Shown piece after piece: positions 62,117 through 64,000 of a stretch of DNA of 64,000 nt. Source of the DNA: Microcoleus sp. (GTDB taxonomy: Bacteria > Cyanobacteriota > Cyanobacteriia > Cyanobacteriales > Microcoleaceae); contig JAYFMW010000003.1 in assembly GCA_042408215.1 (NCBI GenBank), positions 448,001-512,000 of the forward strand, read 5' to 3'. The position numbers and the translations under genes are program-made. Under the pieces are notes generated by a model. The model was not told the origin of the DNA and did no database searches. It saw nothing but the letters and a program-made list of their open reading frames with translations. Position 1 is the stretch's first letter; every line of letters begins with the position of its first letter.

Positions 62117-63031
62117 TCAAGCCATTTGTGCGCGGGTTTTGACAGCGACAATTCCGTCTGGCTTCAACCCCTTTTTCTGCTGAAATTCCTTGACGGCTTT
62201 ATCTGTTGCCGGCCCAAATTCACCATCAGCCCCAACTGCAACGCCAGCCTTTTTCAAGCCTTCCTGAAGCTTGAGGACATCCGAGCCTTCCATTCTGGGC
62301 ATCGCTAAGCGCAACGTTCTGGGTTTGTTATCCCACGGCGCTTTAGGAAACCCTGGAGCCGGAGAGCGATTAAGTGCACCCTCGGTTTGCGGGCCAAAGC
62401 CGCCATCCTCGCTAATCTTTGCATTAGGATTGTTCTGATTCCAAAGCTGCTGAAATGCGAGTATTGATGTACTGCGAAGATCGATCGTGCCCCCGCCTTG
62501 GTAGTCGAAGTGAGGTGGATCGTTCGGTAATGGATTCCAGCCATACCGCATTAAATAAGGTTCCCAGCCTAGGGCATCTTCAATGTCGATCGCTAACCCA
62601 GTTTGGTGGTTGCTGGTTCCTGGTGCAGCTACAGGATTAGAGTTGTTGAAGCGATCGTTATACAGCAACATTTGTTGGGCGATCGTGCGGTAAGCAGAGT
62701 TCACCTGCATCGTTTGACCTCGATCTTGAATCGCTCTCTGGAGTGCCTGTTTTGCAGGGGCTTGTACATAGGGAAAGGCTGCATCCAGCAAGTCTACATT
62801 CAGGTCATCAAAACTGACAAAAGCATCTGGCATCATCAGTTGCATTTGATAAATTAACTGCTGGGATAAGCCATTGACCACCGCAGTCGAAGACATGGGT
62901 GCATCTCGGAGCAATCCGGGGAAACTGCCTTTAATTTCCAACATATCCCGTTGGACAAATTCTGCACAGGCTTCGACAATTACAGGTTGATTAAATAGAA
63001 TATCGCTTGAGTCAGTCATGGTTTTCTCCAA
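62117..63031 (-). CDS. M15 (VanY-like) Zn peptidase with peptidoglycan-binding domains
   Basis: NSAYRT..QQ, APGTSNHQTGLAID, DPPHF; DGxFGPxT repeats. Confidence 0.88.
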   Translation of the reverse strand: MEKTMTDSSDILFNQPVIVEACAEFVQRDMLEIKGSFPGLLRDAPMSSTAVVNGLSQQLIYQMQLMMPDAFVSFDDLNVDLLDAAFPYVQAPAKQALQRAIQDRGQTMQVNSAYRTIAQQMLLYNDRFNNSNPVAAPGTSNHQTGLAIDIEDALGWEPYLMRYGWNPLPNDPPHFDYQGGGTIDLRSTSILAFQQLWNQNNPNAKISEDGGFGPQTEGALNRSPAPGFPKAPWDNKPRTLRLAMPRMEGSDVLKLQEGLKKAGVAVGADGEFGPATDKAVKEFQQKKGLKPDGIVAVKTRAQMA

Positions 63032-63158
63032 TTAGTTTGAATTTGGTCATTCCTGGATTCACAAACTCTATCTCTAGGGCGATGCACACCGCACCTTACC
63101 CCCACAGATCTTGTAACAATTGCTTGATTGCGTAATTTAAATTGTTACAAAATCGATT

Positions 63159-64000
63159 TTATAGTCCCAATTTTTTGAGAGTTTGGGCCCCGACAACACC
63201 ATCCGCCGTTAGCCCTTTTTGCTTTTGAAAAAGCCGCACAGCACTATCGGTGTCTTTGCCAAAGAATCCATCTGGTTCGATATTGATTCCTGCTGTTTTC
63301 AAAGCTTCTTGTACTTGACGAACATCCTCACCTTGCATCATGGGTTCGGTGAGTTTCAAAGTGCGAGGTGCTTCTGAGATTGTTTCACCTGTTACTTCTT
63401 TGCCTGTTCCTTCATAGGTTAAGAATGACTGCCAGGGTTTTCCCAAAAACAGTGCTCGTTCAGCCAATCGTCGGCGTGTCAGCCCTAGCCAGGGTTGACC
63501 ATTTACCTTATTCCACACAGGAAACTGATTGGCTGCTCCTTGATAATCTCCGTTGTTCAACAGCTTCAGAAGAGTTGAACCTCCAAAACCTTTTCTTCCT
63601 GGGCCGACGTTGAAGCAGAAACAAACCAGTGCAGAAAACTGATTGTCATTGAGCTGAAATTCAACCGCATCCTCAACATAGGATTCAAATTTTTCTAAAT
63701 CTCCGCTCAGCAATTCTTCTGCTTGCGTTTGGCTAATGGTCATTCCTGGAAACACATCATTACCAGTGTGTCCGTAACCAATTGTCAAAACTCCACCGCC
63801 ATCATCATAGGCAGTTAGTACACATCCTTCAAAGGTAGTTAGAAGCTTGAAACCTGCTTGATTGATGTGTCTTGAACCTCTGCGTCCTGCTACATCAGGC
63901 GGTTGTTTGTCTGGAGGAGCAATGTTGTATGTTTTAGCCACGCTGAACCGTAAAGCATCAATTAATGTCTCTATGTCTCCATTAGTTTCGGTAACTTTAA
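63159..64000 (-). CDS. GH24 lysozyme + PG-binding domain; N-terminus runs off the window
   Basis: FEGCVLTAYDDGGGVLTIGYGHT, FNVG, GLTRRRLAE; the frame is open from 63998 (KVTETNGDIETLIDALRFSVAK). Confidence 0.92.
   Translation of the reverse strand, partial: KVTETNGDIETLIDALRFSVAKTYNIAPPDKQPPDVAGRRGSRHINQAGFKLLTTFEGCVLTAYDDGGGVLTIGYGHTGNDVFPGMTISQTQAEELLSGDLEKFESYVEDAVEFQLNDNQFSALVCFCFNVGPGRKGFGGSTLLKLLNNGDYQGAANQFPVWNKVNGQPWLGLTRRRLAERALFLGKPWQSFLTYEGTGKEVTGETISEAPRTLKLTEPMMQGEDVRQVQEALKTAGINIEPDGFFGKDTDSAVRLFQKQKGLTADGVVGAQTLKKLGL

Noticed and set aside
1..64000. tRNA, rRNA, reverse transcriptase, retron or DGR
   Set aside because: No cloverleaf, rRNA signature or RT motif was recognised by eye; a tRNAscan/Infernal run would be needed to exclude them fully.

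Overview
Filamentous cyanobacterial DNA, most like Microcoleus/Oscillatoriales (frequent HIP1 GCGATCGC, heptamer STRR tracts, GTAG-type REP palindromes and MITEs). (1) 1-~12330 is part of a prophage-like or integrative element: XRE switch, C39-like peptidase plus small membrane genes, a coupled run of unknown genes, a short tyrosine recombinase, and an inserted IS605-group element. (2) 12.7-16.4 kb is a decayed gene cluster interrupted by a second, tnpB-only element. (3) 16.4-18.4 kb is a ~356-bp tandem array of the gor upstream region. (4) 18.3-52.5 kb is mostly core genes (gor, ECF sigma/anti-sigma/Spy, ROK glucokinase, hisC, neopullulanase, glgC, DnaJ-class, PlsY-PPDK fusion, haloperoxidase, ABC exporter, bioU). 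It includes a 2060-bp tandem duplication that makes an esterase-sigma chimera, and a third TnpB. (5) 53.5-64 kb is the best candidate for an undescribed system: a caspase-STAND-WD40 protein, a second caspase, two peptidoglycan hydrolases and a small hydrophobic-hairpin protein, two of which share a DVAGR linker motif. I saw no rRNA, tRNA or CRISPR array. All family calls come from motif recognition by eye, not from database searches.
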